DNA from: Iphione sp. A-MEVVRFRX5
Lineage: Eukaryota
Reading direction: 5' to 3'
NCBI GenBank assembly: GCA_976226885.1
Contig: OZ320323.1
Coordinates: 10,292,001 to 10,356,000 of the forward strand
Length of the DNA stretch: 64,000 nt
Under the pieces are notes generated by a model. It saw only the letters and a program-made list of their open reading frames with translations. It did no database searches and was not told the origin of the DNA. The translations under genes were made by a program, and so were the position numbers. This document shows positions 1 to 13,898 of this stretch, in pieces (within the stretch, counting starts at the first letter, position 1; each line of letters begins with the position of its first letter).

Positions 1-330
1 CTAAAAACCTGACACCGTCAGTCTTAGTAATTTTCTTCCCATCTATGGTCAGATCCAAGTCCAACAACCTGGATTTACCAAAAGTAATATATCCAGTCTT
101 TGCAGGATTCAGGAACAAGCCATTTTGACCACACCAGGTCACCATGTCCTTCACCCCTCTTTGAAGCTTACAACGAAGCTTACAATTAGATGACCTTGTC
201 ACTCATTTCTATGTCACATAGCAGCTGTACTAGACTAGGCTCTTCCATCAGGAGTGCTGTGAACAAGGTAAGTTTTTTTCATTCATGCAAGGTCACTGAG
301 GTATGAGGCTGTCAAAGCGTTGGAACATTC
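1..330 (-). mobile_element. Decayed non-LTR retrotransposon (CR1/L2-like) reverse transcriptase fragment, runs off the window edge
   Basis: The minus strand of 1-175 reads KLQRGVKDMVTWCGQNGLFLNPAKTGYITFGKSRLLDLDLTIDGKKITKTDGVRFL, matching the LINE RT C-terminal pattern LQ..L....W...N.L.LN..KT..I.F......I.G..I.....V.FLG. The upstream part is broken by stops and frameshifts. Confidence 0.7.
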
Positions 331-889
331 TCCCTATGTCACTGAAGGAACAGTCCATGCTGGATGTGTGAAAGCTCAAGGTGGAGGAAGTAGCCCCGAG
401 TAGGGGTGATCATAGCCTCCTTAGAGATCCTGATAGTTCGGTCGGTGAATTTGACAATCTTGTAGTCTTAGGTCCTTTATCATTAGCTTCTGGCATGATC
501 AAATACTGGTCCAGCATAGAAATCAAAACAGAGAGGAAGGAAAGGGCGTTAGGGTATGTGGTCAGGACAGTAAGCAAATCCTCTTGACTGAGTCGACGCA
601 TTGTACAGTTGTGGATGGGGTAGTTTAAATCAGATAAAGTCCTCGTACAGTCCATTACTGGTACTATAATGTACATGTTATCGTTGTTACCGTAACTCTT
701 ATATCATAGCCAGTAATTGACTGTCCTCGTACTTCATCTAATACTTAATGCAGCATCTCGTCTTGCCTTATACAAGTATGAGACAGTAAGCAACTTTTTT
801 CTGTTTGCTTGTGTTATATTATATGTTTTATTCCCTTGAAAAACTCTGTACTGACGAGATGGAGGATAAACATATTCAATTCAATTCAG

Positions 890-1140
890 GTATAGCCTGC
901 CTTTTCCAAAGATCTTCCGCTAACCATCCTCACTGGTATGCAGCAATATTCTTCCTAATTACACGTAATAAGATGATGATAACCTGCCTTCCTCAATGGT
1001 CTTCCACTAACCCTCATTACTTGTATACAGGAACAATCATCTTAATTAATAAGCAATGATGGCCTGCCTTTATTAAAGATCTTCTGCATGCCTCCCTTCC
1101 TGGTATGCAATAATAATCTTCCTTATTAGTAGTCAATGAT
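890..1140. repeat. Three diverged ~80-87 bp tandem units
   Basis: cctgcctt...(g)tcttc...tat(g/a)ca...aat..tctt recurs at about 896, 983 and 1063. Confidence 0.5.
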
Positions 1141-4100
1141 AGCTTACATGATTAAATTATAATGATGACCTTCCTAATCAAATCACCACCTGAATAACTA
1201 GCTGCTGTTGTTCACAGCACTCTGCTAGGTTCATGTACCTTGTCTACTGAAGTAGGCATTGGACTACCCATTGTTTCTGCCTAAACCGTCTCATTATATT
1301 ACTAGGCATTACGGTCGACTAATCAACATATGATGCTGCTTCTGTAAATATTATTTCTACTGTGTGTATAATAGGTTGTCATTGCAGCGGTTAGTATATG
1401 GTATTGACGATGCAATCTTCATTTCCACTGGAATTCACGGACCCCAGTTCTATCATCCGTACGCCAGTCCCACACATTCCCAAACGTCCAGTCTAACGTT
1501 TCCCCGACAGTTTATGATAAAATGTCCGCCTCTATAGTCGGTAGGCCAGTTTGTTTGCGGTCAACACTTTTCTTCCGTCAACCCTGAAGTCCAACAACAG
1601 GCTCTTTCCGACAAGTCAATTATTCAGTACCATTCACCTGTAAATATCCGGGGACGTTGGGAGGGAAAAAAACCGGCCAACCAATCAGCTTCAAGGTCAG
1701 CATAGGAGGGAGGGGGGAGGGGGGGGGAGAGGTATTGTCTGTATATGGCGTTCTGTTACATAGATCTTAATAGCTCTCCTCTTCCATTGTGATTTATACA
1801 AAGCAGCTTTGGTGGCAGGGAAAATGGCAACTATTTTTCCATATGTACCCTCAGTTCTGCGCCTCTCACATACATAAAGACTATAGTTTAGTTATACGTT
1901 ATGCATGTAATATGATTTATATATATAATGAGTATAGGGTGCACGTGCGCGATCTCGTTGTAGAATATTGTAAAGGATCAAGGACTATTATGCGTCGTGG
2001 GGGGGACTAATGGGAACATGATGATACGAAGTTATCATATCACTATTCTATATTCAGTGAAAGCCTGCAGTGCTACTTGCGTCGCCCCTGGCTGGAGTGA
2101 ACCACACGTATTAGCACTGATTGCAACCTACCAGCAGTTCTAAGTGTATCACATTTCTTGCGGTGATTTTAATCTGATCAGGTTATTGACAAAATAACTA
2201 GATGAGCTTTTTCTTTTTTTAAATAAGGTTTTTACAAAGACTGATGGCCTCCTTCTTGCCATTCTCTATACATCCGTACACATTTTACACTATCCTGCTG
2301 TTCGGTCGATACATTTGCTGTAATTCATCCACATGAAGGAAATGAGTCAGTTCACCGACACTGAGTGAGAAAAAACCCGAAGAAACCATTACCCATTAAT
2401 CCAATTTTGCAATAGCCCCCCCCCCCACACACACACACACTTCACAATAAAGCAGCGTATCCCAGCTCGCTTCCGCGTTTGGCTTACCTGGCACTTGGCG
2501 ATGAACGACCCAATAGAAGTCAAACGAAAAGTCCTCTGAAACAAACCACCGGGACAACAACCCGCCGTCTGCCACCAAGTGAATAAGCGATAGAAACGAC
2601 CAACGGCTCCTCATCCGTGGGGGGGGGGGAGGGGGGCTGACATTAGCCCCGCCGCCGGCGTGGTGAGGCTCGTTACCTTGACGACCGCTTAAATGAGAGT
2701 GCCGAGCAGCTCCGAGCGGTTTCCATGCCTGCAGGTAGGGGGCGGGGCAGCAGCCTCCAGGATGGTTACCAGGGCGATAATGGCCAAGCCAGGTACACAC
2801 ACCTTTCAGTGCCATTATGAATCTCAATAGTGGGTTTTTTTAACCCTCACTTACAGTGGTAGGATATAAGTGACAATTTCTTGCTGCGACTTTTCATATG
2901 CTTTCTTATCCATTCGCTAAATCACACTCTAGTAAGCTTTCATTATTTGTGATCTGATTTTCAGTTTTATAATGTTTATGTCATTTCTATTAGTATCTGC
3001 ATGTAATATGGTTTACTTGGATACTGATTATTTTCATATCAAGTGTGTTAGTATACATGTACATGTATTTAGATACACGTTCATGAGTCTTTTAGAAACC
3101 TTTTTGATAGAATTAAGTCTCGCGGATTACCTACCAAGTCGGTCTGTTTCTCGTACAAAGCGGCATTAGTCCGACCAATCACCGTCTGGCACGCTTCGCT
3201 CCCGGCAGTGAAGCGGACGGATGGACGGAGCAGTTAATACTCGAGGCAGAAATCAATCCAAATTTCCCCCCATTTACGTCGCGACAAGAGCCCGTTTGGG
3301 AGACCGTGATGAAGTTGAAGTTGTCTGGGAAGCCTGCCGTTAGACTGGCTATGCGTCGTCGCTGTAGAGTTTGAAACTACATGGAGACGTACTCATGCGT
3401 TAGGCTCCAGTCAGACTCTCCGGAACAACCTATCAGCGGATGAAAATTAATGTTATTGTGTGGTCTCACTTTAACGTTTCCATTTAAGTTTACACTAGCC
3501 TCATGATTTTCCAATGACAAGGATTCTCCAGGCCTAATACCCATATATATGCTGTATTTTCACTGCCACGTTGTAGAGGCCTGTATTTTCCAGCATGTCT
3601 ATCTTCTAGTTTCATCCTAGATGTGGACATGTACCACAGATTGGGACGTGTCCCTTTTATCCAAGTTTCTCTGTGTTTTCCTCTATTGTTTTCCTCAAAA
3701 GGCAATGCACCATGGAGGCACTCCATTAGATATGCATATACATTGTATATACATATGTATATAAAGAAACATAGCTACACGGGGGAAAAACAGCTGTGAA
3801 AACACCAAATAGGTGGATAATAGGTTGTCTTGGATGAAATATCATCGCCATTCCTTTTACTGTCAGCTTCGCTATGGTTCTCTAAAGTGAGGTTTAAACC
3901 GTAGCTCCTGCCACTTCACCTCGCCTTCACACAGCATTGAACCTTCAAAAGAGTAGCCTCAGGTATAGGAAACGACTAGCTTACTGAGTAGATAAATCAT
4001 GTACTGGCAGGCCACGAGCTGATGGGAGAATTCTTTTATCTGATTCTTATTAATATGAGAGAAATATCTTCTGTAAGTATATCTTTCCACGAGAGAAATC

Positions 4101-4485
4101 TTAAGCAACCTCAGTATTATATCCATGAACAAATTCTTTTCTATCATTCATACTGAATCTATAGCGAATCCATTTATATGATAATTCTTATGAAGTGTAT
4201 GGGAAGCTTTCCCGCAATATCACAGTGACATGTACGGAAATATCTTCAGAATCATTACTACAGTGTCTCTCTAAAATAGACGATAAAGGGATTGGCAGGG
4301 GTATTTAAACATGGATTTACAAGCTTGGTTGTCTCTTAATTGTCCACACAGTGAAATGTTCTCATTAGAAGGTATCCAGATTACTGAGTTCCAATGTACT
4401 ATGAAATCTAAAAGAATGTTTCTAATATTGGTATCGTTAGGTCTACGCAGAATTTCATTTCATTTAGTCTTTTACTAGGAACTCA

Positions 4486-4680
4486 ATATTCACCTATCAT
4501 ATGACAGGGCTCTTCCATATCCTCCTGGGGTTAGCATAATACCATCTATTATTGAGAATTAAGAGACCAGAATACACCAGATTGCCCCACTACTTTTATT
4601 TCAAATAGGTTCCTAGGATCTTTTCATGCATAAGGGACAAAATCCTATACACCCACAGCCTTTTTACGAGTTGTGGACCA
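4486..4680 (-). mobile_element. SINE-like interspersed repeat, copy 1 (Deu/Nin-domain-like central region)
   Basis: Colinear with 33798-33990. The minus strand has aaaagatcctaggaacctatttgaaataaaagtagtgggg, resembling the DeuSINE/Nin conserved domain as I recall it (not searched). Confidence 0.6.
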
Positions 4681-5166
4681 CTCTAATCTGATGTATCAAT
4701 CTTACCAATCAATGCGAAGGGCGTGCTTTTAGAAATTCTACCAATTGTTATCACTTATGTTGGGTACTAACCTACCTGATGGCAATAGAATCTCCCTGGT
4801 AAATAACAAAGTTAAGTAAAGTGCACTTTACGTGGAGAAGTGGTCAATATGGTTCTCATAATTAGTTTATATAACCAGGACGTTTGGGATATTATGGTTT
4901 CTGTTCCTAAGTTACCCAAGTGTGGCTGTAACAATGGTATAGCTGCCACGTAACCTAGAATGTTATGAACCTGATGGAGACTATAGCAGGTAGAATTGTC
5001 AGCAAGCCTCTACCAATCTGTTACTTATTGGCGATATATACGCGATGGTATCGGTGGCTTCATATGCCTTTGAAATACAGGTGCATGTACATGTGCACGG
5101 TTGAACACTAAGGTTATGAAAGAGAATCAATGAACCATGATGTAGTGGAAAGACCTTTGTAACTTA

Positions 5167-5639
5167 GGCCCGGTTTCCTTGTGTATGGATTTTGTCCCCG
5201 GACCATGGACTGCGCGGTACGGAAAAAAACGAAACTATGACTTGTAACAGGGTGGTTTCCATAGGTACGGAAATATTTCCGTACCACGCAGTCCTTGGTC
5301 CGAAAATGAGCAATGTTCGTTTTTTTCCGGACCACGGATGTCCACGGACCAGTAGGACAGAGAGATGGGGGTTTTCAGCTGGATACACACTGTGTATCAT
5401 GTGATACATGATGTGAAAAATTATCTAATTTGCATATGATTTGTATAATAACTGCACACTTTCCACCGTCATGCCTCAATCTCCCTAAAAAACTGCACAA
5501 TTTCTGCCAATATGCCTCAATCTACGTGAAAAACTGCACAATTTCCACCGATATGCCTCAATCTCCATGAAAAGATAAATACATGTACATACATTACAAT
5601 ACCTCTGTCTCTCTCTGTCTCTCTCTGTCTCTCTCTCTG

Positions 5640-5691
<52 letters not shown>

Positions 5692-5800
5692 TCTCCCGTA
5701 CACAAGGAAACCGGGTGTCCGTGGTAGTCCGGGAAAGTAGCCGATTTTCCACAGGACCACGGACTACGGAAAAAAAATCCGTACACAAGGAAACCGGGCC
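5167..5800. mobile_element. PIF/Harbinger-type MITE, 634 bp
   Basis: TIR ggcccggtttccttgtgta(t/c)ggatttt at both ends. TTA direct repeats at 5164-5166 and 5801-5803. Interior has 3 x 41-bp repeats (5451-5570), a (CT)n tract (5603-5687) and an internal TIR copy near 5698. Confidence 0.9.
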
Positions 5801-6654
5801 TTAATGTTTAGTTCCGGCTGAAAAAATGGGGAAGAAATAGTAAAGATTTATTGTAGTATGACGCTGTAGGCATGTACCCGTAGGGATTGTGGCTGGTGCA
5901 TGTATACGCAACGTACTAATCATAACTGCGGCAAGAACACATCAAGTACTTTCGTGCGACTGAAGCAGAACTTAGGCGATTTTAATCAGTGGTGGTGTAA
6001 GTGAAGTATGGGGTGTGTCTGCAATGGTGCATGTAGCCGAAGTAGGCAGTGTCACACGATAGTCTTAGCCTCTGTGCTGAGAAAACTATGTTCTTACGGA
6101 CTTAAAAATGACCAAATTCTAGACGATTCCGGTGTCATTAGAGTACCTAATACAAGGGGTGATGTATAATTTGTATCGTGCCCTTAATACCTGATACAGC
6201 CCATTATGTAAGGTACCTTCATATTAACTGAGCGGATCTCGAGCAGCTCATACGATGAGCAGACCAATGCGCCATTGCCAACTCACGCCGCCAGCAACGT
6301 GCTCCCGAGGACATCCTTGACAACACATGATGTTTGTGTTCCCGAAGGATTTTAATGAAAACTGGTATAACTGTATCACATATATGGACCTGTAGCTACT
6401 CTCTATAATTATAGAGTAAAGCTGTTACAGAGAAACGCATTAGGACTGTTTGAGAGTAAAATGTATCGAGTTCATTAGGACAAGAGATTTTCGGTGGAGC
6501 GAGTTTTTGCCGGGGTGTTTGATGGCGTTCGCTGGTTATGGCGTAACTTAATCATGCGTGTCTGAATCATGCTGTTTTTTCCAACTGACAAGTTTAACAG
6601 AATAAAACAAGTAAATATAAATAAATATTCAAACCATTCAAATGAAACCTGATG

Positions 6655-6831
6655 CAGTGGAAACCCTATTCAAGACCACTATTTGGGACCAAGCTCAAGT
6701 GGTCTCATTGATTATTTCGGTCTTAAATAAAGAATTAACTGTATGGATATCATCATAGTGATTCCCAGCTAAAATAGTCTTAAATGGAATTTGGTCTGAA
6801 ATCAATGTGGTCTTAAATAGGGTTTTGACTG
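6655..6831. mobile_element. Tc1/mariner-type (CAGT...ACTG, TA target) MITE
   Basis: cagtggaaaccctattcaagaccac and gtggtcttaaatagggttttgactg|ta are imperfect ~25-bp inverted repeats. Confidence 0.75.
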
Positions 6832-7559
6832 TACACTGTAATCAACATAGTGATGTAACCCATCCAGAATGGGATGCTCCAGGATGGGTTGATCCCGTAT
6901 TCCATGATTCAGTATTCCGGTAGATGCTCTGGCACTCTGATGTTTGATTTATAGTTTCCTGGATCAACCTGTGTACTTCCTGAATTTCAAAATTTACCAC
7001 CCCATCATTAAGTAAGCCATTAGGGCACTGACTCTATATTAGGAGGATGAGAAGCTGAATAAACAGACACCCACACACCCTAATGTTGTGTACCTGGAGT
7101 GAACCAGATCCATTTGTGTGAACATTATTTATTCACAAATGCAAGACATGCCATTGATATGCTCTCTCCCAGGCTAATGTTACAATACAATACCCCTAAT
7201 CTGAAAGCTTGTCACAACATGTCTGATTATGTATACTACATTCAATATTGACGATGTGATTTCAAGTCATCAGCGGTTACTTTGGACATTAGTACATTGA
7301 TCCTGTGTATTTAACTACACACTCTACAAAATGCATTTCGGATTTTATTCAGTTCCGATTTAAAACCATTTCCCGCTCACGGCAGATCAGTATACATACA
7401 AGTATAGCATACCTACTGCATCCTATGTACCAAATTATTACAGCACCATAGATTAGCAATGGCAAAGATATGAACTAGACACATCTCTCACCAATGTCAA
7501 AGTGATTAACAGCTGAAAGTATTAACGGGAAGTGTTAATGATAAAATATTGAATCCACA

Positions 7560-8400
7560 ATACCAGAAACCCAGGGAGACAGCAAAGTGCGAGGAAAAAT
7601 ATGGAAGTGATGAGGAGTTTGAAGATGACTTGACGGAACTAAGAGATCACTTTTGAAACAGTAAGAACCCAAAGACATGAAAAGTTATGAGCAAGATGTC
7701 CAAAAGCCAAATGGGCTCTTGAGAATTATTACGTGAACATATATGTAAAATTTACTCCGGGCGGGCCGTATCCCTGAAGAAAGAGAAAGGCAATTTGGAT
7801 AAAAGGAATTATGGGTCCTGACAACCCCAAGGCCATCAACAGTGCATTATGTTATTTACTGACCTTGGTTTCCATGGTCAAGGTGAAGAAGGCAATCCTG
7901 CTGGGGTGAACTTAATTGGAAGTAAAACTCCCATGGCAATCATTCTGTCCAATTGTATGAGAGAATAACAAAACCATGCTAAGGGGATGGTAAACAGACA
8001 AGAGGATTTCTAGCCAAACTCGAGAACAACAATGATAGGCCTGTTTGATAGTCATTCTTTCTCCTCAGAGACTATGATGGGCACAGTCCAGATAGTCATG
8101 TGAAAACAATTCACTATTTTTCCTTTCAGTTAATAATTGGAAGAGCTGAGACAGTAATGCATGATATTCACGACTTCCCTTGGGTACTGAAGGGATAGGA
8201 AAGACAATGAAAAAAACATGGCAAGTTAAAGTACCTTACTGGTAAGAAAGTGAACCACTCGGTGAGAAGATCAACTGTACTGAACTTCTGCATGCAGACA
8301 TTGCACTGATTGTAGTACATGGAATCAAACCTGGTGACCATACAAGTGTGAACATCCTCAAGAACCACTGCACAGTTAGTTACGATATACTTTATCAACA
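7560..8400 (+). mobile_element. Decayed Crypton-like tyrosine recombinase (DUF3504-type) coding remnant
   Basis: Across frameshifts and stops it reads MGPDNPKAI..GFHG.GEE..WGELNWK*NSHG...YERITKPC*GDGKQTRGFLAK..DRPV..SLFFLSVN...YSRLPLGTEGIGKTMK..LTGKKVNHSVRRSTV..GDHTSVNILKNH. This is colinear with the CryptonA pattern LG..NP.AL/FG.RG..E/WGD/ER.TKTR.G/RCPV/PFYL/WY...P.G...I..IMK/TNHS.RKT/TGH.N..SL..Y. Confidence 0.8.
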
Positions 8401-9904
8401 AAAATTACCATCCAGTATTGAAGTACCTCAATTTGTTTCTCAAAAGGAAACATAGGTTAGATAATTGTGTTACATTTAAAAGTAAAAAAGGAAATAAATG
8501 TACATTACATTCCAATCTAGCCCAATATTGTGCTCAACAGCATCAACACAAACCTACATCAAATTACACGTACATGTACTTCAATGAACAAAGCATGCAG
8601 TACCTACGCCAAAGGGGAAGAAAGGAGCCTCAGCCATTTCAAAACCAGAAGAAAATACCCAGCCGTTCCAGGTATAGCGGAATAAGCCAAACAACAAGAA
8701 AGCTGATGCCGCTAATAGAGATGACAATCAAGATGTCAGTGTCCCAGCAGCACACAAGTTAGGAGACATAAAGATAATTAAAAATTCAAAGGGTAATAAT
8801 CTGCAGATTAATTATAAATCTATATTGTGCTACAATGTTCACTCTCAAAGGAAGTTAGCCTTACTGCATCCAATACCAATGTGAAGTTGATAATTATGAG
8901 GAGTATTGCGGCAAAACGCGCGCTTCCTCTCGAAAGACAGGCGTTAGGAGGATTGCTCTGTGAAAAAAACACTTAATAGCATAGTTAACATAAATATGAA
9001 TTATAATTTTCTTCAATGACAGATATCTCATAAATGTGCAACTTGCCATCCGTAGCCCATGTTCTAAGTGAGATGTATCCCTTGCAAGCCATACGCTTTA
9101 TATATTCTAACAGAAGATATGAACTTACCTACATATCCCATAAAGTAAACTTACCAAGCATTATGTCTAACACGTACTGACATCTACATCACATACCTGT
9201 ATTTTGGAATGGCCTCTACCTCTAATATACTTGCTTGTTTGCACTGCTGAGATCCATATATAAACCATCGATCTGTTTATCCAACACTTACAACAACATC
9301 TGTTTACATTCTGGCAACGAGCGTGTCGACACTGGCGATCACATAACACCATCGTAATTCGCAATGCTGCTGCAGAATCAACCCCCACAATTGAAAAAAA
9401 ATCGTGCATGCCTAGTTATGGTGTTATTGTCAGCAAACAGAGCACCCTTGGCGTTACATGGTTGCAGCGGTCCAGCCTATCCTCCATCTTCCTGGACATC
9501 AATACACCGAAGTCGAACTAATCAAGTACTCCGCATCAAATGTGCCAGGGTCGCACTGTTAAAGCGAACATACAAGATGGCATTTCTTCACCGAGTAGAT
9601 TCAAGATCCTTCCATATAGTCTCAACATCGAAATTTATCGAATTGTTTCTCTCTTTTTGAAAAAAAATCGGTAATATTCTGAAAAAGTCATCAAGGTATT
9701 GATGCTGCTTACAGATTTTTTTTCACCAACAATGTCAGTGATAATCGGTGTTTTTTTTTTTAAACAGCAATTACTGAGCAGGTTTAATGATCGGGACCTA
9801 ATTTAGAATTGTGCAAAAACCGAATACATGAACTGATCAATCTTGTCAAACTTCAGAACGAGGTGCTGGTCTACAATCGTCCATTAGGCATACTTGGATG
9901 ATCC

Positions 9905-10310
9905 GTCCATAACACATATGTACACAATGTACACATATGTGTACTGCCCCTATCCATACATATTATGGTTAATCACATGTGTACATGTATGTGTATTGCC
10001 CATATCTGTACACATTATGGTTAATCATGTATGTACATGTATGTGTACCACCTATATCCCTACACGTTATGGTTAATCACATGTGTACATGTATGTGTAC
10101 TGCACCTATCCTTACACATTATGGTTAATTATGTATGTACAGGTATGTGTACTGCCCTTATCTGTACACATTATGGTAAATCATATGTGAACATGTATGT
10201 TTATGGCTCATATCCATACACATTATGGTTAATTACATGTGTACATGTATGTGTACCACCCATATCCATACACATTATTGTTAATCAAGTATTTACATGT
10301 ATGTGTAGCA
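9905..10310. repeat. 52-bp minisatellite, about 8 units
   Basis: ttatggttaa recurs at 9963, 10015, 10067 and onward (period 52). Consensus is approximately catatccatacacattatggttaatcacatgtgtacatgtatgtgtactgcc. Confidence 0.92.
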
Positions 10311-11669
10311 CCAGTGCAGTTCGTAATCATGCTGTGTTGACGTGTTGATAATCTGGCCATTATTCTGCCGCGTTGTGTCCTGCCCCCCCCCCCTTGGTTA
10401 CGGAAACATCTTCACCGTTGGTAACACACGCGTTACCACCCGGAACCTCCTCCATCGATGCAGCCATTCTATTTTAATTCGGCGTCAGGCGGTCTCGCAG
10501 ACAAATCAGGCTTTTGGGGGTTATCTCTTCTGTAGAACGCACTGAGCAGCAAAACGTAATTGACAAGAGTACAAAATCCTCGAAAGATGTGGGAGGTATG
10601 GGTATGTATGGTATGGTACGATACGGGATATTATGTATACCGTGCAATAGTGAGGTTCAAACAAATACATGTACAGATTATATTGGACGTCAACATATTC
10701 TTGTATCAAAACAAACTGTATTGTTTTGAGAAATTGGAGACCAGCTTGACATGGTCGTGTCAGCTTATCCAGACAGAGAGAGTATCTGATGATTTCTTGA
10801 GCACATGCTTTTAAATTCATAAAATTTCTATACATAAAGTCAAGTTCCGGATATGCCAGGTGAACTGATCCGTTGCCGCATGGGGGGGGCATGATGTACC
10901 AAAGGGAACACCATAAATAAAAAGGTTTGATACCTTGTGCTCCCCACGATCTTTATCAAGTGAGGCAGGAATCGGGGTTACAGAAGCTGCTTGCAATATA
11001 AATTTAATGAGGCTTTAGCAAATATTGCTCTTTGTGTGTTATCACTAAAAGCTACACAAACACAACTTCGGCATCAGTTTCACGTGAAGTCAACTAAGAT
11101 GTTTTAAGCATATACACCATTGTGATGTGTCATGTATTGATGCAAAATGCAGTTATATATGTCAATATAGAGGACGATTGAATAAAGACAAACAATGCAT
11201 TAAAGATATAACCATCTTAATTCACCTATGATGTATACCGTCACCAATAAATGAAACATTCACTAAGCGGTTCAGATCTTTGCCCCCGCTGTTATAAAAT
11301 GATCGTGAAATGCAGTGGTGGCGAACCGGCTGTGTGTGGAAGCTTGTGTTTGTCGGCATCGACGTGTCCATCGGTGAGGCAGCAGCCTACACAAACAAGA
11401 GGCACTGATTGCCTGACATTAAACGCAGCATTATTCCCATGTCCACTCACGAGTCAGTGGGCCAGTTAATCTCAATTTATTTCCGTTCTCTCTCACTGCC
11501 ATTGAACCCTGGCCAAACCCCTATACCTAACGTCACCCTACAAATAATAGATGAATATTTCAGAGATGGCCCATTCCATAGAGTGGATCTCAATATTTAA
11601 TGTTGCATATCCCCCTTCGGAAAGTTACACGACGATTTATCAAGGCACATTCTTTCCCGATCAATAGCA

Positions 11670-11699
11670 CCTGTTTTTCTGTCTCTCTGTCTATCTGTC

Positions 11700-11730
<31 letters not shown>

Positions 11731-11902
11731 GTTTGACTCTCTCGCCCTCTCTTGCTCTCCCTCCTACTCTGTTATTCTCTCACCCACCATCTCTCTCTTT
11801 CTCTCTCTCTGTCTCTTTCCCCATCTCTCTCTGCCTCTCTCTCACTACGTTTTGCTTTCTCCATCTTGCTTTCTATTTCTCTCTCACGCCCTCTCGCTCT
11901 CT
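11670..11902. repeat. CT/CTGT-rich degenerate microsatellite
   Basis: Pyrimidine-rich (ct)n/(ctgt)n tract. Confidence 0.85.
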
Positions 11903-13788
11903 AAAAAGTGACGCTCCAGATGTGCTGTGTTGAATAAAATGCAACCTTTCAATTTCATCCCAAACCTTCACCCTAACACTATTATCGGAGATACAGAAGT
12001 CCACGTCTAGACTCCCGCCTGGCTATCAGTGTGTGGGGTTGGATCGTTCGTAGCTGCTTGTCTGGACTCCCCTGACAATCCTGGCAATCCCTGTCGCTAT
12101 CAGACACGGACAGTGGTGCGTCTAGTGGATTAATCGGAGTTAATACTCAAACACTAGTGTGTGATAAGTCCTCGAGCGCGGTGGGTTGATTTCGGCTAAT
12201 GTAAACGCACCGATCAGTTGTAACAGCTATAGTCGTATTTACACGTCCTCACCGATGTTTGTTTATGCTACACTGTTATAACAGTTTTGATCAGCTCAAC
12301 GTTTGAGCAACTCAATACCAGAGATGTGATGAATGAAATATCCTTCACTAATAACTTTTCATAAATCTTATCTAAGCGTTCTGGACATGCTCCACGTGTA
12401 ACACGGTTTTGTTATGATTGGTTATGATGTAAGTTCTAAAGGGTTCTTTGATTAAAGAATACAGTAACAGTGCTGGGCCAACCAAAGAAAGTTGTCACAT
12501 TTTTTAACGTGTGCGTCGCCCGTGTCGTGGGGTTCCACGACTAAATTGCCAGGCAGTCAAGGTATGTTTTTTTAAAGACTTTATTTACTCAGGAGTATAA
12601 TATACATGCTGTATGTAATTCCAGTTTACAATCACGGTTTTTACAATGAAAAGATTATGTAGTAAGGATCAAGGAATGAGTAGGTTAACTTTATGCTATT
12701 TACAGTGTCCCCTCAGTCTAAGACCACCTCTCTAATCAGCTAGACCACCTCCCTAATAAGACCACCTTTAAAGACCAGAATTATATACATGTATATACTA
12801 TACCCCTCTCTAATAGGATAGTACTATTTAGAACTTTACAAGAATGTCAGTTAAGTGTGCACAGCAGCCTCTGCTCCATGTGTAGTGCTTGCTCCATACG
12901 TATCTGGGATAACATGTACAGGAGCATAGCTGCATGTAATAATCAATGAGATGTTGCTTTTACTAATAAAGTCAATGTGTCCATACCTGAGAATAAACAC
13001 ATACTTTCACATGGGAAGTGCCTAATTTAACTCTGTGATACTTTCTGTGGTCAGATAGCAGCAATTGCTCCATATCTGACATGTTGTTGCATGTTTTAAC
13101 GGCTGTTTCATACGTTTTTGAGAATATGCGACAACAGCCCAGTACTGAGTGATCAGCTGTTAACAACATACATATAATGGCGAGACATACCGGATCCTAT
13201 TTGTATGCACACAGGCCCCTCTCTTAATTGTGATATGAAGTAGCACAGTAAAGTTCAATATCTTACAACAGTAAAGAAGATCACTTCATGTACAACTGTG
13301 GGCAGATAGATAGGAAGATTAAGGCACCAACAAGAAGTATGTGTTACATCATGTCCTGATGATAGGTGAATATAATTCTGGTTGAAGATACAATGAAATA
13401 AAATGTAATATGCCCTTGATCCTACCATAATTATGGACCTGTGACCTAAAGTTAGACCTTTATGACTAAATTGAATCCAGGATGGAGTCCAAAGGTCAGA
13501 GTGTAAATGGCCTCAATTGAAAAATACTATACCAGCCTTAGTTCGGAAAGTGTTCTTTGGTCTGTGCCTAACTTGTGCCACTATCTGTTTCAGCAATAAA
13601 TACCAATTCAATCGGTCCTCATGTAGTTCCGCATCGTACTTTGTTACATGAATGTTTTAGAATTACCCTTGAATTATATACTTAACAGTAGATATCCCAC
13701 AGAGACAAGAAAGCAATTATGACTGTCAAAACGAATTTAAGCATGCAGTTATTATTTAAGGATTAGTTCATCTGATGTAAACCTGTAC

Positions 13789-13856
13789 CAGGCCGGTAGC
13801 CAAGGGGGTATCGGGGGTATCGTCTGATACCCCCAGACAAGCCAGGAATTCCACCT

Positions 13857-13898
<42 letters not shown>

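Noticed and set aside
410-676. ORF ending LSGSLRRL, suggestive of an LRR
   Set aside because: No LxxLxLxxN register; it adjoins the decayed LINE fragment.
5485-5804. ORFs with RERERE or LSLSLS runs
   Set aside because: Translations of the (CT)n tract inside a MITE.
10360-10475. MAASMEEVPGGN... minus-strand start in good Kozak context
   Set aside because: Terminates after about 35 codons with only weak donors, and no downstream exons were found.
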